A DNA stretch of 64,000 nt, taken from positions 248,001-312,000 of the IMG/VR virus record IMGVR_UViG_3300028676_000003. One strand, 5' to 3'. The position numbers and the translations under genes were made by a program. Shown piece by piece: positions 48,628 to 56,161 of this stretch. The notes beneath the pieces were generated by a model that saw nothing but the letters and a program-made list of their open reading frames with translations, had not been told where the DNA came from and did no database searches. Numbering within the stretch: position 1 is the stretch's first letter; each line of letters begins with the position of its first letter.

Positions 48628-49035
48628 ATGAAAAAATTTTTATTAATTGGATTATTCTTAATCTTTAGTTTACCTTCGTTTTCACAGGCATTAGCAAATG
48701 GCTATTACTACAAATCGGATATCAAAGTATATTCAAGTGGTACATCAAACACTTATACATATCACTTCTATGTGAATGCAAGTGGTGAGATTAGACAAAT
48801 TGATTTTGCTAAAAACCAATACATGTCATTCAAGACATATGGTACTGTATCTAACGCTCAATCAAGTGCTTATACTTGGGCCAATGATGGTGGTATTTGG
48901 TCAGAAACACAAACATTTGTGTTTACCAAAGACAAATCAACTGGTGACCTTAGTGTCTTCTTGATGAGAGTAGTACAAAATGAGGGTCAAGACCCTTGGC
49001 AAAGCTACGGTGTTGGAGTTGTTGAAAAACTCTGA
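48628..49035 (+). CDS. secreted hypothetical protein
   Basis: Signal peptide ending FSQ. Confidence 0.6.
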   Translation: MKKFLLIGLFLIFSLPSFSQALANGYYYKSDIKVYSSGTSNTYTYHFYVNASGEIRQIDFAKNQYMSFKTYGTVSNAQSSAYTWANDGGIWSETQTFVFTKDKSTGDLSVFLMRVVQNEGQDPWQSYGVGVVEKL

Positions 49036-49098
49036 GGGAGCTTAGTATTAAGAAAAATATAGTTGGTTATCAATTCTTACTTAGTAGAATTGAAACAA

Positions 49099-49315
49099 GG
49101 GGAATCGTTGTAAGGTAAGCATGTACTGTGGAGAACGGTATGCAATCAAGACGAGTATCAATAATAGGTGAGGATGGTGTACAACAGAGCCATTAACGAT
49201 TGATACTGGTGGAGATAGTTCAGAAGATACCTAAGAAATCACTGGTTAGCGCAATCAGAATGAACTAAGGGATGATATGGGTGAAAGCTTGGGGGTTCGA
49301 GTCCTTCATTCCCTA
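49099..49315 (+). ncRNA. ~215-nt RNA with a tRNA-like acceptor and T arm
   Basis: GGGGAAT/ATTCCCT-A and GGGGG-TTCGAGT-CCTTC, with a multi-hairpin interior. Confidence 0.55.
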
Positions 49316-49387
49316 CTAGAAAAAAAATAAAAAATAATTGGTAAAACACTTGACTTGTAAAGAAAATTGTCGTACCTTTGTAGTATA

Positions 49388-50195
49388 TTAATAAGATGTT
49401 GGTTCGCCCATGCTTTTTAACATAAGGCCGCTTATGGTCTTCAGGATAAACATAGTGATATGTAGAAAGCGATTTAGCGGAAGCAAGATTGCGTTGGGAA
49501 TTTATTACCAATCCGAGTAAGCGATGATAAACGCAGTGTTTATGTAAAGGCAACAAGAGACAAAATCTGTTGGAGTTGGAAGTAAACATTATAGCCCAAA
49601 TTTTGATTCATGGGTTATTGAGTACGAAAGTATAATAGAGGTTTATCAGGATTTGGTGAATAACTGTAAAAGGGGAATAAGCTGGGTCCAGTATTTAGAT
49701 TATGGTGTAGCTGAAAGGTGATATTAATCGAAGGTACCATGTTCGAGAGAGCATATCGGGGTGTCGTTAGCTGGGCTACTCAAAAGGTAGTACGTTAGCA
49801 AATCTGAGGACACATCCTGAACTGAAATGAATCGATGCAATTTATTTAGGTTTTTAACCTGAAATATCTTTTAAGAAAAGGAAATTTTATAAAAAGCAAA
49901 AGTTCCTCAGAACATGATTTGAAAAATGAGTTATACTGTTGTAAAATACAGTTGTTGCTAGGCCGCAAGCCAAAGTGACAAAATAAAGTAAGTAGTTCTA
50001 AGCTAATAGCCCGCAAGCTATGCAGACTCGCAAGGTCAGTCGGATGAAAATGGAGTTTATATAGAATCATGTAGTGATTGCAGAATCGTATATCTGTCTC
50101 ATTGTTGACTATTCCTGTAGCAATATAGGTGTGTGTAACAAACCGAAAGGTTTCAAAACGTCAACAGTATAGCTGAACACTCAGGCGACTACAAA
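49388..50195 (+). ncRNA. large structured ncRNA, GOLLD-like
   Basis: About 800 nt with no plausible + ORF and its own promoter (49350-49381). Many GNRA-capped hairpins (GCAA, GAAA) and a CTCAAAAGG element, next to tRNAs. Family assignment is from memory only. Confidence 0.55.
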
Positions 50196-50253
50196 ATTTT
50201 GGGGATAACCTTTAATCGGTTCATAAGGCGTAAAACCTTATATCCCCACACAT

Positions 50254-50326
50254 TCCGTGTTAGAGCAGTCAGGTAGCTCGCTCCCGTGTGAGGGAGAGGT
50301 CAGGGGTTCGAATCCTTTACACGGTA
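50254..50326 (+). ncRNA. initiator-like tRNA body with a 6-nt anticodon loop
   Basis: 1:72 mismatch, D stem GAGC/GCTC, CTCCC-GTGTGA-GGGAG. Confidence 0.65.
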
Positions 50327-50542
50327 CTAATTTTTACTAGACATATTAATTAAATTCGGGAGCAATACATATAGTATTGAATAGGTGGAAACCCTTATGC
50401 TCCCACTAGGCTTCGTAATTAGGAAATATGGATGCGGTTAAAAGAAACGACCAAAGATAAGGTTTCACGGCAAAAGGCTCTATTCGTTAACCAGCGAGCT
50501 TTTACTTATCTTTGGAAATTTCAAAAAAAAATGACAAAAGGC

Positions 50543-50574
50543 TTGCTTTTTACAAAAATAGTTAGTACCTTTGT
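50543..50574 (+). promoter_or_regulatory. promoter upstream of leader 3
   Basis: TTG ... TACCTTTGT; ATATTTAT at 50625. Confidence 0.8.
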
Positions 50575-50665
50575 ATAAGAAATAAAAAAATAAACAGAAA
50601 AACAAAACTTTTGCTAAAAGCAATATATTTATAATAAACGTAGAAATACACAACAAACAGAAATT

Positions 50666-50773
50666 ATGACAACAAGTACCACATATCAAACGCAAAAACA
50701 ACAACCTAAAGGCGGGAAGCCTTATGGCTTGGCTGGGTGTGTCAACAACTTGTTTGACTTAGTTACAATATAA
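50666..50773 (+). CDS. leader peptide 3 (MTTSTTYQTQKQQPKGGKPYGLAGCVNNLFDLVTI), Thr/Tyr/Gln/Lys/Pro/Gly-rich attenuator
   Basis: 35-aa ORF; codons 2-21 are 19/20 T, Y, Q, K, P or G. Confidence 0.85.
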   Translation: MTTSTTYQTQKQQPKGGKPYGLAGCVNNLFDLVTI

Positions 50774-50797
50774 TTAGTAGTAATACTGATTTTGTAG

Positions 50798-50832
50798 ACC
50801 CAGCTTAATGTAAAAATTAGGCTGGGTTTTTT
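50798..50832 (+). terminator. intrinsic terminator/attenuator of array 3
   Basis: ACCCAGCTTAAT-loop-ATTAGGCTGGGT plus T-run. The leader carries an identical GGCTGGGT at 50731-50738. Confidence 0.85.
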
Positions 50833-50837
50833 CATTT

Positions 50838-50910
50838 CGGGGGATAGCTTATATGGTAAAGCACTGACCGTTGGGGTCAGGAGAATGAGGTTCGAGTACT
50901 CATCTACCGA
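50838..50910 (+). tRNA. Pro-type tRNA body with an atypical anticodon loop (CGTTGGG)
   Basis: C1:G72, A73; CTGAC-CGTTGGG-GTCAG lacks U33. Confidence 0.6.
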
Positions 50911-51024
50911 CAAACACAAAACGGGTTAACCTCTGCGAACAGAAAGTACGAGGATGGAACAATTGGAAAGATATCGCTAGTTGCAAAGGGTTCGATTCCC
51001 TATAACCTGACAAAAGAATTAATC

Positions 51025-51315
51025 ATGAGTAAAGGAAATTGTGAATTATGTGAACGAGAGAAGGAATTGACCTTTCATCACCTAATACCTCAAATCAACC
51101 ACTCGAAGAATGCCTTTCAAAGGTTATTCAGTAAAGAGGATATGAAAACAAGAGGTCTTATGTTATGTAGAGAGTGTCATTCAATGATTCATCGAACGCT
51201 AGACAACAAAACACTCGGATTAGAGTACAATACAAAAGAATTATTACTCGGACATGAAGGAATCTTCAAGTTTGTAGAATGGGTTAAAAAACAAAACAAA
51301 AAAGTAAAAAAATAG
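51025..51315 (+). CDS. HNH-family protein
   Basis: CELC, TFHHLIP, LCRECHSMIH. Confidence 0.75.
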   Translation: MSKGNCELCEREKELTFHHLIPQINHSKNAFQRLFSKEDMKTRGLMLCRECHSMIHRTLDNKTLGLEYNTKELLLGHEGIFKFVEWVKKQNKKVKK

Positions 51316-51387
51316 AACAAATGAAAAATATTAAACGTATAAAGAATAAACAGTAACCACCTTCAAATCATGAGGGTGATATGATAT

Positions 51388-51458
51388 GCCCTCTAAGCTT
51401 TAAGGTGAAGCACGATACTTTTAATATCGGGAAAATGGTCCAATACCATTAGGGGGTA
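51388..51458 (+). tRNA. tRNA-Lys(TTT)
   Basis: CGATA-CTTTTAA-TATCG; divergent T loop. Confidence 0.75.
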
Positions 51459-51477
51459 CAAGTTTTAATAAACGAAT

Positions 51478-51550
51478 GCCCTCGAAACATTGCTGGCGAT
51501 GTACTCCGCTTTTAACGGAGGAATAATTGGTTCGATTCCAATCGGGGGTA
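51478..51550 (+). tRNA. tRNA-Lys(TTT)
   Basis: CTCCG-CTTTTAA-CGGAG. Confidence 0.85.
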
Positions 51551-51569
51551 CAAGACGAAAGTCGAATAC

Positions 51570-51644
51570 TCTCCTATGGCTGACTGGGTAAAGCACCATA
51601 CTTTTAATATGGCATCAATGTCGGTTCGAACCCGACTGGGAGAA
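51570..51644 (+). tRNA. tRNA-Lys(TTT)
   Basis: CCATA-CTTTTAA-TATGG. Confidence 0.85.
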
Positions 51645-51706
51645 CAAATTAAGTTTTTAACCTTTACTTTTGTTTAAAAGCGCATATTATTGTAATAAAA
51701 TTTATT

Positions 51707-52147
51707 ATGAAAATATGTGGAACATGTAAAGTACCGAAATCCGAAGAAGATTTCAACAAGAATAAAAGCAAACCAGATGGTTTAAATAGCATTTGTAGAG
51801 AATGTAGTAACAAACGGTCTAAACGATATTATACTGAGAATAAAGAACATCATATTGGTGTTATTAAAGATAGGAAGGTTAAAACATTAATCGATACTAG
51901 AACAAAAATTTTTGAGTATTTTAAAGAAAACCCGTGTATTGATTGTGGTGAAACAGACCCAATAGTACTAGAATTTGACCATCGAGACGATGTTATCAAA
52001 GAGAGAAATATTGCTGATTTAGTCGGAAATAGTTGTTCTTGGACGATGATTAAGAAAGAGATTGACAAGTGTGATGTAAGGTGTGCAAATTGCCACAGAA
52101 GAAGAACAGCAATCCAACAAGGTTGGTATAAAGGAGTTATATTATGA
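51707..52147 (+). CDS. HNH homing-endonuclease-like protein
   Basis: N-term CxxC Zn finger, CIDCG....LEFDH, KC...CANCHR. Confidence 0.8.
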   Translation: MKICGTCKVPKSEEDFNKNKSKPDGLNSICRECSNKRSKRYYTENKEHHIGVIKDRKVKTLIDTRTKIFEYFKENPCIDCGETDPIVLEFDHRDDVIKERNIADLVGNSCSWTMIKKEIDKCDVRCANCHRRRTAIQQGWYKGVIL

Positions 52148-52400
52148 CAGAACAAGAAAAGCACATAGCAGATAGTATGACATTATTTGCCGCTAACATA
52201 GCAGATTTTGAAGTAGGTGATTTAGTAAAAGAGGCGAATGGTATCGTGTCCAAGATAACGAACAAAACCATCAACTCTATTGAAGTGGAAATTGACAAGC
52301 TACCACTTAAAAAAAATGCGTCAAAAGAAAATATCGGGATTAAAGCAAGACAATGGTTTACCATGGAAAATTTTAATCGTAGATTTAAAAAGTAATTATT

Positions 52401-52476
52401 CGGGTGGTATAGGAGCCAGGTTTATCTAGTCGCACTTGGACTGCGAATCACGTGGGTTCGAATCCCACTCACCCGA
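52401..52476 (+). tRNA. tRNA-Pro(TGG)
   Basis: TCGCA-CTTGGAC-TGCGA. Confidence 0.85.
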
Positions 52477-52481
52477 CGAGA

Positions 52482-52545
52482 AGAGACTGTTATTAATTCA
52501 TAGAACACCATACTTAGTAAGTACTGGAAGCGTAGAATTAAAAAT
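52482..52545 (+). repeat. inter-tRNA motif, copy 2
   Basis: AGAGACTGTTATTAATTCATAG...GAAGCGTAGAATTAA. Confidence 0.75.
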
Positions 52546-52547
52546 TA

Positions 52548-52623
52548 CGAGATGTGGACTAATTGGCTAAGTCGCTTGCTTTGGGAGCAAGACATCGTGC
52601 AGGTTCGAGTCCTGTCATCTCGA
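52548..52623 (+). tRNA. tRNA-Pro(TGG)
   Basis: CTTGC-TTTGGGA-GCAAG. Confidence 0.9.
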
Positions 52624-52745
52624 CATACTGGGTTTTGATACCGATTTACCGTTAGGAAACGGAGCGTGAAGGGGTTCGTCAAACAAACTCTGCTCCCGAA
52701 ACAGAATTGAAGTGGGGTATGACGGATGCAGAGAGAGGCATATAT

Positions 52746-52817
52746 GCGGGAGTAGCTCAATGGTAGAGTTCCTGATTTCCAATCAGGTTGTTGCGAGTTC
52801 GAGCCTCGTCTTCCGCT
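52746..52817 (+). tRNA. tRNA-Gly(TCC)
   Basis: CCTGA-TTTCCAA-TCAGG. Confidence 0.9.
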
Positions 52818-52825
52818 CGAAGATA

Positions 52826-52881
52826 AGACTGTTGCTAATTCATAGGGTACCAAGGTAAAAACTGCGTAGAATTAGAAAATT
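52826..52881 (+). repeat. inter-tRNA motif, copy 3
   Basis: AAGACTGTTGCTAATTCATAG...TGCGTAGAATTAG. Confidence 0.75.
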
Positions 52882-52955
52882 GCGACCATCGCCTAGTTGG
52901 TATGGCATCTGACTTCCAATCAGAAATAGGGCGGGTTCGAGACCCGCTGGTCGCT
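52882..52955 (+). tRNA. tRNA-Gly(TCC)
   Basis: TCTGA-CTTCCAA-TCAGA. Confidence 0.9.
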
Positions 52956-52963
52956 CAAAATAT

Positions 52964-53038
52964 TGGCCTATGGTGTAATTGGCAACACTACTGTTTTTGG
53001 TGCAGTCATTCAAGGTTCGAGTCCTTGTGGGCCAACCA
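52964..53038 (+). tRNA. tRNA-Gln(TTG)
   Basis: ACTGT-TTTTGGT-GCAGT, encoded CCA. Confidence 0.9.
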
Positions 53039-53042
53039 ATAT

Positions 53043-53113
53043 TGGGGATTGATGTAATGGTAGCATACTTGGTTTTGAGCCAAACTGTATAAGTTCGACC
53101 CTTATATCCCTAA
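53043..53113 (+). tRNA. tRNA-Gln(TTG)
   Basis: CTTGG-TTTTGAG-CCAAA. Confidence 0.8.
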
Positions 53114-53116
53114 CTA

Positions 53117-53188
53117 TGTCAAGTAGTTTAATTGAGAAAACTCCCTGCGTTGGGCGGGGCGATTTGGGTTTGAATCCCGATTTGACAG
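53117..53188 (+). tRNA. Gln-like tRNA with an atypical anticodon loop (CGTTGGG)
   Basis: TGTCAAG/TTTGACA-G; CCCTG-CGTTGGG-CGGGG. Confidence 0.55.
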
Positions 53189-53197
53189 CAAAGATAA

Positions 53198-53257
53198 AAA
53201 ATGATTTCAGCAAATATTATCATCAAACTTTTAATTTGAAACAGATATATCATTTTG
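53198..53257 (+). ncRNA. CAGCAA-stem element enclosing a Lys(TTT) anticodon arm
   Basis: AAAATGAT..CAGCAA ... TCAAA-CTTTTAA-TTTGA ... ATCATTTT-G. Confidence 0.6.
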
Positions 53258-53265
53258 TTCTTTTT

Positions 53266-53344
53266 GGGTCTATGGCAGAGCGGTCGATTGCGACAGACTG
53301 TAAATCTGTTATTCCACACCGTGGTTCGAATCCACGTGGGCCCA
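53266..53344 (+). tRNA. tRNA-Tyr(GTA)
   Basis: ACAGA-CTGTAAA-TCTGT. Confidence 0.9.
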
Positions 53345-53404
53345 CTGGCGAGTATGTTGTTTTATGATTTTCAGGAAAAGGCGTTAGAGAAAAAAATCAA
53401 ATTT

Positions 53405-53486
53405 GGGGTATCGCCAAAGTAGGAGAGTTGGGACGGTCTGTAACACCGTTGCGAAAGCTGAGTAGGTTCGATTCCTACATGCCTCA
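53405..53486 (+). tRNA. tRNA-Tyr(GTA)
   Basis: ACGGT-CTGTAAC-ACCGT with a variable arm. Confidence 0.85.
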
Positions 53487-53549
53487 CTGAGCAGTTGTGG
53501 TCTGCTTGCAATTAAATTCCACCGTTTGATTCACGTAACGAATCACTAT

Positions 53550-53622
53550 GCTTCCGTAGCTCAATTGGTGGAGCATCTCATTTGTAACGAGAAGGTCGCA
53601 GGTTCGAAGCCTGTCGGGAGCT
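53550..53622 (+). tRNA. tRNA-Thr(TGT)
   Basis: TCTCA-TTTGTAA-CGAGA. Confidence 0.85.
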
Positions 53623-53773
53623 CAATAAGCAGGATATCGTAAGAAACGTCCACATAGGTTAATTACCTGTTGAAGAAAGGATAAAGACAGGGGCTCCTTT
53701 TAAGTCCTGCTGACGTTATTAAAAATCGTTGCACGTAGCGAACCAACCTAGTTATACGATTCTAGGTAAAATT

Positions 53774-53846
53774 GCCGATGTAGCTCAGTAGGTAGAGTAC
53801 CTGTTTTGTAAACAGATTGTCGCAGGTTCGATTCCTGTCATCGGCT
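53774..53846 (+). tRNA. tRNA-Thr(TGT)
   Basis: CCTGT-TTTGTAA-ACAGA. Confidence 0.9.
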
Positions 53847-54451
53847 CAAACATAAAAAAAAATTGATATGAAAGGACTTAAATTTATTCCACTAGTAGAA
53901 GTAAGTGAGGAAACCAAGGCTAAATTGGACCTTATGATGAAGAAAAGAGATGAGCGAATTCAATCAATGATTGATGATTATCGAAATGGTAGATTTGCAG
54001 AAGAAATGAAAAACCTGCCAAAAAATTAGGTTATTAAAAAGTTTATTTGTACCTTTGTAAGGTAATAATTAAACCGAACAAAATGACAAGAGAAGATTTT
54101 AGAATTGTACAAAAGTATTATGCAACTAGTAGCCTAGTTATGATTTTTTATGGTAGTGTTATCATTGAAAGTGTTGAAATCTATAAGAATTATTCAACGT
54201 TTGAAGATGAAGCAGACAAAGCGGCTAGACTAGCTGAGATGGGTAAAGAAGGTGGTAAAAAAGCTAAGCCAAAACCAATCAAGATGAAGTCTAAAAAAGA
54301 CGACCGTACCAAAGATGAAATTAGTGCTGAATGTGAGAGCAAAATCAAAAAATACATTGCGGCTAATAGCCAAAAATAAAAAACCGCTGGCGAAAGCCGA
54401 AGTGGCGTAATGATATCAGTCACGAGATGGTAAGCGGTGCCATCTCAAAAT

Positions 54452-54524
54452 GCGAGTGTAGCTCAGTTGGCAGAGCACCTGATTACCAATTAGGTTGTCG
54501 TGGGTTCGAATCCCATCACTCGCT
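54452..54524 (+). tRNA. tRNA-Gly(ACC), A34
   Basis: GCG-start, U73 Gly body; CCTGA-TTACCAA-TTAGG. Confidence 0.85.
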
Positions 54525-54562
54525 CTCTTGACTTTTTGGTACCATCTAGTATATTTATATAC

Positions 54563-55219
54563 ATGGGAAGAAAAGTAAAAAATATACATTACATTTATAA
54601 AATAACGTGTAATGTGACAGGAAGGTATTATGTAGGAATGCGTAGTACTTGTAAAGAAGATGATAATTACATGGGTTCAGGAAAAGTTCTCAGATATTCA
54701 ATACGAAAGTATGGTGTTGAAAACCATACAAAAGAAATTCTGAGTTATCATGAAACACGTGAGTTATTAGTTGAAGCTGAGATATTAGCTATTACTGCTG
54801 ATATGATTACAGATAAGAACTGTATGAATATTAGATTAGGTGGTTCAGGTGGTTTCACAAGTGAAGAAGCGAAAAAAGGTAGACTAGCGACAGATAAGAT
54901 TTTATTTGAAAAATTTGGTGATGATTTTAGAATAATAATAAACCAAAATTATCATAATAATATGTCTGAAACTGAAAAAATTGCTTTTAGTAATAAAGTA
55001 AAAGTTGGTCAACAAAGTAATGGCTATAATAATATAACTTTCAAGAATAAAAGGCATTCAGATAAAACAAAACAATTAATGTCTAAACCAAAAAATATTG
55101 GTGAAACAAATTCACAATTCGGAACTTGTTGGATAACTAAGGAAGGCATTAATAAGAAGATTAAGAAAGAAGACCTTGATACATTTATCACTGATGGATG
55201 GGTTCAAGGAAGAAAATAA
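54563..55219 (+). CDS. GIY-YIG homing endonuclease (Seg-like, NUMOD3-type tail)
   Basis: YIYKIT..VTGRYYVG, YMGSG, E, N.R.GG.GG, KRHSDKTK.LMS, WV.GR. Confidence 0.85.
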   Translation: MGRKVKNIHYIYKITCNVTGRYYVGMRSTCKEDDNYMGSGKVLRYSIRKYGVENHTKEILSYHETRELLVEAEILAITADMITDKNCMNIRLGGSGGFTSEEAKKGRLATDKILFEKFGDDFRIIINQNYHNNMSETEKIAFSNKVKVGQQSNGYNNITFKNKRHSDKTKQLMSKPKNIGETNSQFGTCWITKEGINKKIKKEDLDTFITDGWVQGRK

Positions 55220-55224
55220 CATAA

Positions 55225-55345
55225 GGGGGTATTAAAATATTGGCAAACGGCATTCTGCAATTTAAAAAAGAATGATTACTGCAAAATTCAAAAAAACAAT
55301 CTGTAACATTGAAATTAATACGTGGTTCGATTCCCGTTGCCCCCA
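55225..55345 (+). ncRNA. Tyr(GTA)-like tRNA interrupted between the D and anticodon arms by a CTGCAA-stem element with its arms in reversed order
   Basis: GGGGGTA/TGCCCCC-A acceptor; insert CATTCTG...AGAATG.TTACTGCAA; CAAT-CTGTAAC-ATTG; T loop TTCGATT. Confidence 0.6.
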
Positions 55346-55356
55346 CAAAACTTTTT

Positions 55357-55409
55357 TAAAAATAACTCATCATTTATTTGGTGGGTTATTTTTTTTTGCA
55401 TACCTTTGT
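55357..55409 (+). terminator. terminator-promoter cassette closing array 3
   Basis: Near-identical to 39241-39292. Confidence 0.75.
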
Positions 55410-56161
55410 AATCTAAATATAAGACAATTATCCCTAGTTTAAAATATACAGCATTTCAAATTCTATCATATGTTAAAAGTAATACATTTGATACCAAAGA
55501 ACGTTTATCTCAACACATTGAGTATTCACTAGAATCTATCAATGAACATACTAAGAGACCACAAAAAAAAGATTTTCTCTTAAACCAAGCGAGAGAAAGT
55601 GGTAGGACCCATTTTAAATTAATAGGTAAGGTCAACGATGGTGGTCTTCAATTGATGGAGTGGTGTGACGAAGCTTTCAACTTTGACGGTATGTGTTCGG
55701 ATATTGAAATTATCAAAACACATAAAGATGGTGAATATATGAAGAGAACATATACTATTGATGAATTACCTGAAGTAATAGATAGAGCCTTGAGTTGGTT
55801 CAATTCAATGAGAGCAAGAGAAGATTTTTGGGATGAATATTTACACATTTTAGCTATATGATAGAACCTACAAAATTAAATAAAGGAATATTTACGTTTT
55901 TCGTAAAGAATGGCTTAGACCATTCAGAAATGCATAGAATCTTAAAGTTTTATGCCAAGGAACATCTTGATAGAACCCTACCTACTAGAAGACACCTTAA
56001 ATGGTATGCTAGTGTTAGCGAAAAAGCTGGTGCGGACTTCGAGAATTTCAAAAAATGTTTTAATAAACACAAGCGAAGAAACAGAAGAAGAGCACAAACT
56101 TACGATGAGTGGTTTGTTGAATCTAGCCTTGATGGAACTTTCGCTTATAACGGCTCAGCAG

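Noticed and set aside
49099-49315. tmRNA or intron-containing tRNA-His
   Set aside because: There is no G3:U70 or tag ORF, and the GTG lies in the TACTGT-GGAGA-ACGGTA hairpin rather than in an anticodon loop.
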